Source: a virus (lineage: Duplodnaviria > Caudoviricetes). From it: 54,857 nucleotides of DNA. The notes under the pieces were generated by a model. It did not search any database. It was not told the DNA's origin and saw nothing but the letters and a program-made list of their open reading frames with translations. Every line of letters begins with the position of its first letter. Positions within the stretch are counted from its first letter, which is position 1. Positions 27,388 to 36,463 of this stretch are shown here, piece by piece. The stretch is taken from IMG/VR virus record IMGVR_UViG_3300048686_000254, positions 1 to 54,857 of that record; one strand, 5' to 3'. Both the position numbers and the translations under genes were made by a program.

Positions 27388-28055
27388 CAGTAGCAGAATC
27401 TATAGCCTATGTTAGGACGCTATTGGACGAGCCGAAGTATGAGTACTTTGGAACTAACGTAGATCTCAATACTATATTTATTGACGCATTGCGCCAAGCA
27501 GCAGCTCAAGTTACTAAAGAGTGCTGGTATAGAGGCGAGAAGGAAGCTGTTCGTCCATTGTGGCGTGAGGCTCAGATTACCTTAGGCGCTAATCAAAATG
27601 GCCCTATGCCTGAAGATTACATGTTCATTGAATCTGTTCGTTCAAACTATAGAGATCCGTTACAGAAGGTATGGCCCCATAAATATGTAAGTCCTGCTAT
27701 TTTTAATAGGCGTCGCAGTAGGACTCCGTTTGAAAATCAGTCAGGTGTATCATATGACGGAGGATCGAAGTATGTCACTAGGGCTGAGTTTACACTGATA
27801 GGATCTGATCTTTATGCGTCAGCTACGGGCACGAATAAGATTGTTACGGTTACATATATAGCCATACCGGTTGTTCCTTCTACTCCTTTGACTAGCCCAT
27901 TACCATTAGCTGAGTATATTCATCCTAAGATTTGCGAGAAGGCAGCTGAGATTATGTATCGCAAGGAACACCCTGGAGACGACAGGCCAGCTCTGGGATC
28001 TATCTATGATATTGAAGCTGCTATTTACAATGTTATGCGTGGGGTTAAGCAATGA
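27384..28055 (+). CDS. Tail adaptor/ring protein 2
   Basis: MTVAESIAYVRTLLDE, MPEDY, VTYIAIP, HPKICEKAA. Confidence 0.68.
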   Translation: MTVAESIAYVRTLLDEPKYEYFGTNVDLNTIFIDALRQAAAQVTKECWYRGEKEAVRPLWREAQITLGANQNGPMPEDYMFIESVRSNYRDPLQKVWPHKYVSPAIFNRRRSRTPFENQSGVSYDGGSKYVTRAEFTLIGSDLYASATGTNKIVTVTYIAIPVVPSTPLTSPLPLAEYIHPKICEKAAEIMYRKEHPGDDRPALGSIYDIEAAIYNVMRGVKQ

Positions 28056-28840
28056 TAGCAGTATCTAGCATGACCCTGACGGATATCATCGCAGCTATGG
28101 AAATGCGTGCTGGCGAGTTTATGACGCCGTATAACTCAGACTGGCAAACACTGGCTCAGTATGTACGCGATGCGCGACGAGATTTATTTAACCGTACAAA
28201 TGCGTTCAAAGAGTGGTCGTTTGTTAAGAGCATCAACCTGACAGGACCTTTTCCAGCATTACTACCAGCTGATTATATACGCACTGTTCGTGTAACAACA
28301 AAGCTTCCGGCTGATGCAGATAATACTGGTATTAGATATGAAGCACGGCGCATAGATCCTCGTGAGTGGATGAATCTTAATAAGCCATCGCCAGCATCTT
28401 CGTTGAATAATAGTCGTCACAGCATGGTACGTGGCTGGCAGAAAACTGGCGTATACATGGTATGGGCTAACACTACGGATGCGAATAATTGGGCTGTTAC
28501 GAATGTAGCTCTTTGGCTGTATCCATCGAACTTACACTGTACGTTGGAATACGTAGCTAGTTATGCTATGGCAACGATACAGGACTTGAACGATGAAGTT
28601 TTAGTACCAATCGAACTTGAAGGTTTGCTGATAGATATGGCTGTTTCGCGCTTCTTAGACGATGTAGCTGATCCGCAATCATTTGTGACAAAAGCTCAAG
28701 ATGTGCAGCAGCGCATCCTACAATATCAGACTGACAATACGAACGCAGCTCAGTATGCATCTGTGAGCGCAGAAGCGATAAATAATCCTGAACCTATGGC
28801 TACACGCAGGCAGCCACAAACACCAGGAGGCGCAATCTAA
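28052..28840 (+). CDS. Tail adaptor/ring protein 3
   Basis: MTLTDII, YVRDARRDL, LPADY, LWLYPS, LEYVA, VPIELEGLLIDMAV. Confidence 0.68.
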   Translation: MIAVSSMTLTDIIAAMEMRAGEFMTPYNSDWQTLAQYVRDARRDLFNRTNAFKEWSFVKSINLTGPFPALLPADYIRTVRVTTKLPADADNTGIRYEARRIDPREWMNLNKPSPASSLNNSRHSMVRGWQKTGVYMVWANTTDANNWAVTNVALWLYPSNLHCTLEYVASYAMATIQDLNDEVLVPIELEGLLIDMAVSRFLDDVADPQSFVTKAQDVQQRILQYQTDNTNAAQYASVSAEAINNPEPMATRRQPQTPGGAI

Positions 28841-29652
28841 TGCCATACAATATGCGCACATACGCATCTGAAGTTATGCAGCGTCTAAAGCGCTATGATG
28901 TAGCAAAGTCAATAGACTCAGGTATGCTTGAGACATCAATCAATCTAGCGCGATACCAAGTACAGCTTGCTACATTGCAGACTGTGCCAGAGCGCTATGC
29001 AAGGATTCATAGACCAGTAAATGCAGTAGTAGTTTCATGGGAAAACTCTGCTAGGATGCTAGAGTTCGACCAATCTACTGGTGGCGCAAAAACAATTATC
29101 AATCAGGTAGGAACAGTTGATTTGCCATCAGACTTCATCGCTGACGTTACAGTAGGCGTATCTGAAGGTGACGTAATGTGGCAGGCACGCAAGGTGTCAA
29201 AGCGCGACTTGTATTCTGTGCTAACAAAATCAATGACAAAGCCGACTCCGCATAATCCTATATACTGCATAGAGCGTTCTACAGAAACAGCAAATCCCAA
29301 GCTGTTTATATCTACGGGTACAGCATTGCCAGCACAGGGAATTGTAGAGATCTGGTATTTAGCACGACTTCCCTGGCTTCAGATAGCTAACAGCACTGGA
29401 CAGCCTGACGTAGAAATTCGTATTGGATACGACCTACAGGAACTCGTAGTTACAATCGCATGCTATAAAATCATGGAAAGCTTGCAGATTATAGATGGTC
29501 GTCAGCTGTTAAAGAATGACATAGAACTTATGGTAAGCGCTCTTAATCAGCAATACCAAGCTGGCATAGATCGTAGCCGTTTATTTGTAGAAGCTAATGA
29601 ATCGTTGGTTCCTAAAGTTCCTAATATCAATGCTAATTCGTTAAAGGTTTAA
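28840..29652 (+). CDS. Tail adaptor/ring protein 4
   Basis: SINLARYQV, LPSDF, NPIY, VEIWYLAR, LQELVVTIAC. Confidence 0.68.
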   Translation: MPYNMRTYASEVMQRLKRYDVAKSIDSGMLETSINLARYQVQLATLQTVPERYARIHRPVNAVVVSWENSARMLEFDQSTGGAKTIINQVGTVDLPSDFIADVTVGVSEGDVMWQARKVSKRDLYSVLTKSMTKPTPHNPIYCIERSTETANPKLFISTGTALPAQGIVEIWYLARLPWLQIANSTGQPDVEIRIGYDLQELVVTIACYKIMESLQIIDGRQLLKNDIELMVSALNQQYQAGIDRSRLFVEANESLVPKVPNINANSLKV

Positions 29653-29653
29653 G

Positions 29654-30454
29654 ATGAGTACGTGGAAAGAACTCTACGATGATCTGCTTCAGGAGCTATC
29701 GCTATATCAAGAAGAAATCAAGCTAACGCCATACCAGGGTATGCGTTACATGACCAAGGGTATGGCTGAATTTCAGCGTTTGACAAACATTGCAGAAGCA
29801 AGCAAGACACTAACGACACCTGATCCAGTAACATCCGTTACAGCTGCTTATGCAACTGGTAGCGACATACTAGAGATTGTTGAGGTCATTGACCCTGACG
29901 GATACACACTGCTTCCAGTATCATATCAGCAATACAATGAAATCATTGACCGTAGTAAAGCTGGCATGATTGGTTTCAATGAAACGCCAGCACAATTTAG
30001 CCGTGTACGCAAACGCCCAGCTATTTCTGATGAACGCTGGCAGCTTGATGAAGATCGCGGCATGGCTCGCATCTACACGATATGGGATGAGAAGCTATAT
30101 CGTTACCCAGCTGTATCTACGGATACTAGCCTGACAATGCGGTACAAGCCACACTACGACCAGTTTTCATCTGCTTCAACACAGTGGACATCATGGTGGA
30201 TTGATGAACCTACGTTTGAAACAAACTTTGCTACACTCAAGCCGCCTTCACAAATTCTCAAGTTTGCAGCAGCACTTGTTTCTTATGCAGCCGGACAGTA
30301 TCTACGCTCACAGAACGTACTTGCTGGACAGCAACCGCTCTGGCAGCAATATGATCAGGAATTTCGAGCATACATTGATCAGGCTATCCTGACGCATCCT
30401 ACGCTTGTACATGAACTGTCATCACCTTACAACATAAGCCCATATAGCAACTAA
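29654..30454 (+). CDS. Tail adaptor/ring protein 5
   Basis: MSTWKELYDDL, GSDILEI, LYRYPA, LTMRY, AALVSYAA. Confidence 0.65.
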   Translation: MSTWKELYDDLLQELSLYQEEIKLTPYQGMRYMTKGMAEFQRLTNIAEASKTLTTPDPVTSVTAAYATGSDILEIVEVIDPDGYTLLPVSYQQYNEIIDRSKAGMIGFNETPAQFSRVRKRPAISDERWQLDEDRGMARIYTIWDEKLYRYPAVSTDTSLTMRYKPHYDQFSSASTQWTSWWIDEPTFETNFATLKPPSQILKFAAALVSYAAGQYLRSQNVLAGQQPLWQQYDQEFRAYIDQAILTHPTLVHELSSPYNISPYSN

Positions 30455-33400
30455 TGGAATACACAAAGACGAACATTAATGCTTTTGGTGGTTTAGATGC
30501 CAATAAGCGTCCTGAGCTTTTGCAGAATGAGCAGGCTTCAGATATAGAAAATCTCCGCTTTGATAAGCTAGGTTATCTCATTAACCGTAATGGTGTTGTT
30601 GCTAAGCCTCTCAAGATGACTAAGACGGTTGCCGTAGACGTACAGAGAGTTCTCTGGCCTATTGGAACGCTTGGTATGACAGAGTACGTACTCAAAGCTC
30701 CTTGGGGTGTAGGATCTGGGACAACAAGCTGGGCTCCATACGACGATACAACTATAGGTGGTTTATATAGTGCCTCGCCAAATACGAAGCGTTATAGTGA
30801 TAAGTTTATGGTATATCATGTGCGTATACCAGCTGCAAGCATTACGCCGCAAGGAGCATCGTCCATTGCTGAATTTGATATGTATGATCTTACGCAGGTT
30901 GATATCAACGGCAACGCACAAGCTCCAAGCAATCACTACACATGGAGGTACAAAGGTGCTTATGTCTTAATACCACTTATGGGACCCAGCGATTTCAGGG
31001 ATACATTTGCAATAGCTCCTAATGGACTCCCATATGTAGGTACTCCAGCAACTCCGGATCTTGATTACCCGTCTATGCTCGTAACTGTGGGTGCAAGATC
31101 TATCCTTCGTGCTGACGATAAACCATCGCGCACACAGATATATGCTCCACAGCGCTGGCTAGGCGTGCACAATGTATTTGAACATGAGAATATAGCTAAA
31201 GATCAAAACTGGATAGGTCACTATGTAAGTATGCACCAGTATCGTGATACTGTTGTAATCTCTGATATGACTAACCAGGATCTTCAGCTTGTCGATGAGT
31301 ATTCTGAAGCTGAATATAATGAAGAGCGGAAGCATAGATTTAGCCTTCGTGAGAATGCTCTTGCAAAGTTTGATGTAGATGATGTTGTCATTGACTTTGG
31401 TATAGGAACTAATAATTTCAATGATGGTGTCGAAGCACCAATGGCTCTATATAAATTTTATCTACCTCGTAAATCATTAGAAGTAACAGTAGATAATTTT
31501 ACATCATCATTTGACAACTTACTTAGAAGTCCAACTTCATTAGATGTTGTTGCTCCATTTCGTGACAACTGGAAACCACTCCCATATAATAGAATTGGTG
31601 CATTTTTATCGACTGAGTATTGGTATGATGTCGATGTTAATGAGCTTGGTGTATCTCTTGGACTTCAAAGTCCGTCTAAATATGCTGGATCTGGAATTGC
31701 TGTAAATACTAAAGACAAGTTTATATTTACAAATGCAGATCCAAACGAGCAATATGATTATCTATTTGGGAAGCTCACATTAAAAAATCCGGATGTAAAT
31801 CAAGATGACACTATAGCAAGTGATGTATATAGATGGAAAGAAATGACCATCAAATATTATCCATGCTCCGGAATTAGTAATGCATATGGAACATTTCTTA
31901 CTGATGAAGATAGACTTTGGGATAAAACAAGCTCGAATAGTGCTAAGGTAGTTAAGCTTAAAACAAAATCGGGAATGGAACAAAATGTTCCTCTTGGCGT
32001 ATGGCGTTATAGATTTATATGGTATTTAGGCAATGGTGAATATTCTGCTCCATCCGCAGAATTAGTGGTTCCAGATATACTTTTTAGTGGATTATCTGAA
32101 TCAGAAATGAATGAAAGCGGGATACCTTACGCACGCCCAGCTGGATTAAATACATTAGATGATGCATATAAAACCAATATAGATGTAGATGGTGTAACAT
32201 TTCTAAATGAACTTAATGGAACCGAACATTTCCAGATATTTAAGGTTAATCCAAATAATGCCAATGAACTGATTCTTACCAACTACGGTAAGAACTTTAT
32301 TAAAATTAAAGAGAAGCTGTTCTACCCTGATCATATATATGCTGCTAAGGAATCGAGCACATCTGGAGCATCTTGGCCCAATATTGATCAAGGCCAATGG
32401 ACAAGTCAAAGCTTATTAGCAAAAGGCAATGTTTCTGCTATCTGTACATTGTTTGCCAACAGCATTGATCTGACATTGAACGGCACTATATGCGAAACAG
32501 CATTTAGTACATATCAGCATACTGACGCAGATACGATAAATGAGGTCGAAGTAACATCCTACAAGTCAGGAGCAGTCTCATTAACAGTACCATTATTTCC
32601 TGCTAGTTATCAAGATTTCAATACAGAAAAAACATACTCATTTAATTCTGTATTTACCAAGCGTGGAGTTATTAGGACTGCATACCAAAATAGGCAACGC
32701 TGGAGTAGTCATCCTATGTTTAGAACGGATGTTCCAGCATACCAGATAGTTCTTGGCGGAAGATGTCTTTATGGTGTAACAAAAGTACAGTCTGACCCTG
32801 CAAACGATATTGCTGAAAAGGGTGAAAGAGTATACTTTAATGTAGTACCATTTCAGACATATCATTTCCAAAATACAGATCAACACTATGAACGTAATAA
32901 TTGGGACGACGATGGTCTGTATCCAGAATCAGGACCGAGTGCAAAGGCACGTTACAACTATCGAAATATGACACAGGTGCGTGGTGTAGATGAAGAGTCA
33001 AAGCGTATTCTCTACACTATGCCAGACGTTCCTAACGAAGTACAATCACGAATAGTTCTATCAGGATTTGGAGATATTAATCTCTGCGGATTTGATGATT
33101 ATGGAACTGTTTATCCAGAGAGAAAAAATAATACGCTTGGTGATAGTACGCTGCATAAATCAGTTGTAAGGCACTTTTGGCATGTACAAAAAGATTATTA
33201 TGGAGTTATTTATACTGACCCAGTAACTCAAAGACAGTATGATACAGAACTAACATCTCCATATTATTGGGAAGGTTTTAATGCTAATCCTGTACATTCA
33301 TATATAAGTTTTCAAACAAATGCAAATCTCCCACAGGATGATTCTTATGTCAATGGTGTTTACACACCATCAATGCATACGATACGTTTCAACAACTTGA

Positions 33401-36012
33401 AAGTTAATGTTGTTCTTCCAGGCGAAAGACTCGCAATTCCAGAACAACTTTCAATGTATGTGCCATCATCGCTTTTATTTGATGCACCGCATATTAAGAT
33501 TATCATACCTGCTAACCGCATACCGAGACGTGCGCGTCAGCTCATGATATTCCGAACTCGTGCATCGCATGATAATGCATGGCAGCCACACGACTATGGA
33601 TTCGTTAAAGCTGTAGATATTATCCGAGACAAGGATACTGGATTTCCATCAGGTAGTCATTTAGAAAAAATAGAATTTCTTGATGATGTCAAGTCTGAAG
33701 ATATGGATTTCTCTTACAATCTTAATGACTATGAAGGATTCACCGAACCTATATCATCTCGCTTCTGCCTGCCACTAAATGAGCGTGTATTCTACGCTAA
33801 CATCAAAGAGCGTTACAGACCAAAAGCTCCACGTAACTCTGTAAAGATACTTGCTAATCCAGCTGACGCAAGCCAGTTAGATCATAAGAATTTGAATGTA
33901 GGAACTAATTCAGAACTACAGAAACTTTGGTCAAACAGGCTTATATATGGAACATCGGCAACTATTAATATTGACAAGCGTTACTTGTATTACTTTATAG
34001 CATACAATGATGCTGCTAGATCATATTCGTTAGCAGCATTTTCGGGAATGATTGATCGTGGGGATTTACAGGGAAGTACTGGAAATCCTCCAGTATCGAA
34101 TGCCAATAGCAAGGTTATTCATTATTGCCTCCCATCTGCTTACGATGAATCGGTAGAGCATCTGAACATATACAGATTCCAGACAAATACACAGCTAAGT
34201 ATAGTTCCTTTTGTGGGTCGGCAGTCTCAATTTGCATACCCTTCAGCAGTAGGACAGGTTGGGTATTTCTATGTAGCACAGGGTCTAGTTGAATATAACG
34301 GCACTGTATACTATCCAAACTCAGTCATTAAGATTGAGCATGGAGGAGACACTGGTGTTCCTAGACCACCGTTTAATCCAGTTGGCATGCCCAACTATAT
34401 GAACCATTTTGTCAATTACTTTAGCCAAACAACTGCTCCATACCAACCGTTAGGCATAACTAACCGTGGAGCTATGGCAACATATTGCGCCCCAGTCATT
34501 TATGATATTACTAGCTTCTTTGATACAACGACAAATCTATCTGGATATCTAGAAAAGATTGGAGATATCGTACCTGAGAACGAAGGCATATTCTATGACG
34601 ACGACCTTCCATCTTTAGGGCGTGTTCCTCTATTGCAGTTTTTCCAGAATGAAGATATAATGCCAGCTGGATTACGTTGGAGCGAACCATATCAGCCGAA
34701 TAAGATTAAACTTGGTAGTCTGATGGAGGTACGCTCAGGTGACGGTGATCAGATTACAGCTATGGCACAGCTTTACGGAAACCTTGTGATTCTCAAAGAA
34801 CGCAGTATGCATAGGCTGGCTGTACAGGGTGCAAATGTACCTATCTCCCGTGTAGACGAAATCTCGAATAATGTAGGATGTATTGCGCCAAATACAGCCA
34901 TTACAGTTGACAACACACTTTACTTCTTATCATGGGCTGGATTCTATAAGTACGATAACAACGTACTTTCAAAGATAGATGGTGCGTTTGCTGAGGAACT
35001 TCAGGTCAGGTTGCGTTCTAATATTAACGGCGTAATGAATCCAGCAATCAGAGATGCGTCGTGCGGCTGGAATCCTACTTACCGTGAGATATACCTGAAT
35101 ATTCCAGTAATGTCTACTACGAACTCGGAAGATGCTTATGAGGTGACAGGGGTAACTGGCGCTCAAGGTGTAACCCTAATGGATAACGCAGGTGAACGTA
35201 CAGTCCGTGGTATGGTTTACGCTATCAATATCGATACAGGATTCGTGACTAAGCATAGGTACATGGATGATGCCTTGTACTTTACTGATCCATCAGGCAT
35301 AATTCCGACTGTTAAGTTTCCTGAACTCGCACTGTTACTTGGTAATGCACCAACACAGCGTGCTCCTAGGGTAGCTTCGCGTCTGTACTATACTAACACG
35401 CTAGGTCAGATGCGCTCAGCTGAGTGCCTTCCACCTAGGACATACAACTACAATATTGGATTTAGACCGTATCCGGCACAAGCCAGTATCTCGTACTTGC
35501 AAACCAGCTTCTATATTGAATCTCCTACAAAGGAACTCAATATCAGCTTTGATAAGTATAAGGATGATCTATTCCTATATAATCAGAACCAAGCAGGTGT
35601 ATGGTTTAACGATATTCAATATAGGAATGTCCGTGTGTTCTGGCAGTCAAAGAGCTTTACTGGCGATGATAAAACAATCCTTAAGCGTGTGCGCAAGGTG
35701 TTCAGTTATATATCTGCTAATATCCAACCAGCTGTCGTGCGTGGCATTGTACACACTAGTCCTGGCGGTGGTAAGAATGTATCGGATATTACATGGGAAT
35801 ACCAGTACTTCATTTCCGACCCTCTAAATCCAGGGTACGGTCAGTCAGCTACGGGCGAGCTTAGTGCTATACCGACAGAAGCAGCGGGATCGTCGAGCTC
35901 AGCCAGCCAGAATCGTGGTGAGCGTCATCTATTCCAAGTAGAAGGTGGCGGATCATTCCAGATGGAGTACTTCGGATTCTACTGGAAGCCTGTAAATACA
36001 TATCAGAGGTAA
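30454..36012 (+). CDS. Tail nozzle / stabilisation protein (P22 gp10-like beta-propeller) with large insertion
   Basis: N-terminal FGGL...ASDIENLRFDKLGYLINRNG; C-terminal LRWSEP...GDGDQITAM...LVILKERS...VGCIAPNT...LYFLS..GFYKYD; KRVRKV. Confidence 0.8.
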   Translation: MEYTKTNINAFGGLDANKRPELLQNEQASDIENLRFDKLGYLINRNGVVAKPLKMTKTVAVDVQRVLWPIGTLGMTEYVLKAPWGVGSGTTSWAPYDDTTIGGLYSASPNTKRYSDKFMVYHVRIPAASITPQGASSIAEFDMYDLTQVDINGNAQAPSNHYTWRYKGAYVLIPLMGPSDFRDTFAIAPNGLPYVGTPATPDLDYPSMLVTVGARSILRADDKPSRTQIYAPQRWLGVHNVFEHENIAKDQNWIGHYVSMHQYRDTVVISDMTNQDLQLVDEYSEAEYNEERKHRFSLRENALAKFDVDDVVIDFGIGTNNFNDGVEAPMALYKFYLPRKSLEVTVDNFTSSFDNLLRSPTSLDVVAPFRDNWKPLPYNRIGAFLSTEYWYDVDVNELGVSLGLQSPSKYAGSGIAVNTKDKFIFTNADPNEQYDYLFGKLTLKNPDVNQDDTIASDVYRWKEMTIKYYPCSGISNAYGTFLTDEDRLWDKTSSNSAKVVKLKTKSGMEQNVPLGVWRYRFIWYLGNGEYSAPSAELVVPDILFSGLSESEMNESGIPYARPAGLNTLDDAYKTNIDVDGVTFLNELNGTEHFQIFKVNPNNANELILTNYGKNFIKIKEKLFYPDHIYAAKESSTSGASWPNIDQGQWTSQSLLAKGNVSAICTLFANSIDLTLNGTICETAFSTYQHTDADTINEVEVTSYKSGAVSLTVPLFPASYQDFNTEKTYSFNSVFTKRGVIRTAYQNRQRWSSHPMFRTDVPAYQIVLGGRCLYGVTKVQSDPANDIAEKGERVYFNVVPFQTYHFQNTDQHYERNNWDDDGLYPESGPSAKARYNYRNMTQVRGVDEESKRILYTMPDVPNEVQSRIVLSGFGDINLCGFDDYGTVYPERKNNTLGDSTLHKSVVRHFWHVQKDYYGVIYTDPVTQRQYDTELTSPYYWEGFNANPVHSYISFQTNANLPQDDSYVNGVYTPSMHTIRFNNLKVNVVLPGERLAIPEQLSMYVPSSLLFDAPHIKIIIPANRIPRRARQLMIFRTRASHDNAWQPHDYGFVKAVDIIRDKDTGFPSGSHLEKIEFLDDVKSEDMDFSYNLNDYEGFTEPISSRFCLPLNERVFYANIKERYRPKAPRNSVKILANPADASQLDHKNLNVGTNSELQKLWSNRLIYGTSATINIDKRYLYYFIAYNDAARSYSLAAFSGMIDRGDLQGSTGNPPVSNANSKVIHYCLPSAYDESVEHLNIYRFQTNTQLSIVPFVGRQSQFAYPSAVGQVGYFYVAQGLVEYNGTVYYPNSVIKIEHGGDTGVPRPPFNPVGMPNYMNHFVNYFSQTTAPYQPLGITNRGAMATYCAPVIYDITSFFDTTTNLSGYLEKIGDIVPENEGIFYDDDLPSLGRVPLLQFFQNEDIMPAGLRWSEPYQPNKIKLGSLMEVRSGDGDQITAMAQLYGNLVILKERSMHRLAVQGANVPISRVDEISNNVGCIAPNTAITVDNTLYFLSWAGFYKYDNNVLSKIDGAFAEELQVRLRSNINGVMNPAIRDASCGWNPTYREIYLNIPVMSTTNSEDAYEVTGVTGAQGVTLMDNAGERTVRGMVYAINIDTGFVTKHRYMDDALYFTDPSGIIPTVKFPELALLLGNAPTQRAPRVASRLYYTNTLGQMRSAECLPPRTYNYNIGFRPYPAQASISYLQTSFYIESPTKELNISFDKYKDDLFLYNQNQAGVWFNDIQYRNVRVFWQSKSFTGDDKTILKRVRKVFSYISANIQPAVVRGIVHTSPGGGKNVSDITWEYQYFISDPLNPGYGQSATGELSAIPTEAAGSSSSASQNRGERHLFQVEGGGSFQMEYFGFYWKPVNTYQR

Positions 36013-36014
36013 GC

Positions 36015-36395
36015 ATGCCGTTAGATTGGAAGTCTATAATCAACAACATACTAGCGCAAGAAGCTATAAGTAGGTATGGTGCGCGGAATGATGGCACTCC
36101 GAAGGGCTTAGGATTCTACGGTGAGCTTCAAGGTATTGGTCCAAACTCAGGCTATACCATGACCGAGAACTCAATAGGCGTAAACATGGACGGTAGGGAG
36201 ACAGAAATCCCTACCATCATTCCTGGTCTAACAGAAGACGAACTTAGGCTAATCCTTTCTGGCGGCATGGATGAAGATATTGTTCGCAAATCCTATGAGC
36301 ATGCAGCAAAAAGAATGTCAAAAGGATTATCTCCTTTTGCCGGGCCTAAAGAGGTTATCATACCTAGCCCTAAATTAAAATCAAGTAAGAAGTAG
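36015..36395 (+). CDS. Conserved-looking phage hypothetical protein
   Basis: YG.R.DGTPKG.GF.G.L...MTE.SIGV...EIPT..P.LT...HA.KR...GLSPFA pattern; between nozzle and ejection genes. Confidence 0.6.
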   Translation: MPLDWKSIINNILAQEAISRYGARNDGTPKGLGFYGELQGIGPNSGYTMTENSIGVNMDGRETEIPTIIPGLTEDELRLILSGGMDEDIVRKSYEHAAKRMSKGLSPFAGPKEVIIPSPKLKSSKK

Positions 36396-36463
36396 CCCAT
36401 ACATATATGAGGTTTTGAGCGGTATAAATCAGTATTTTGCCGCCTAAAGATTGGAGCATTAAA

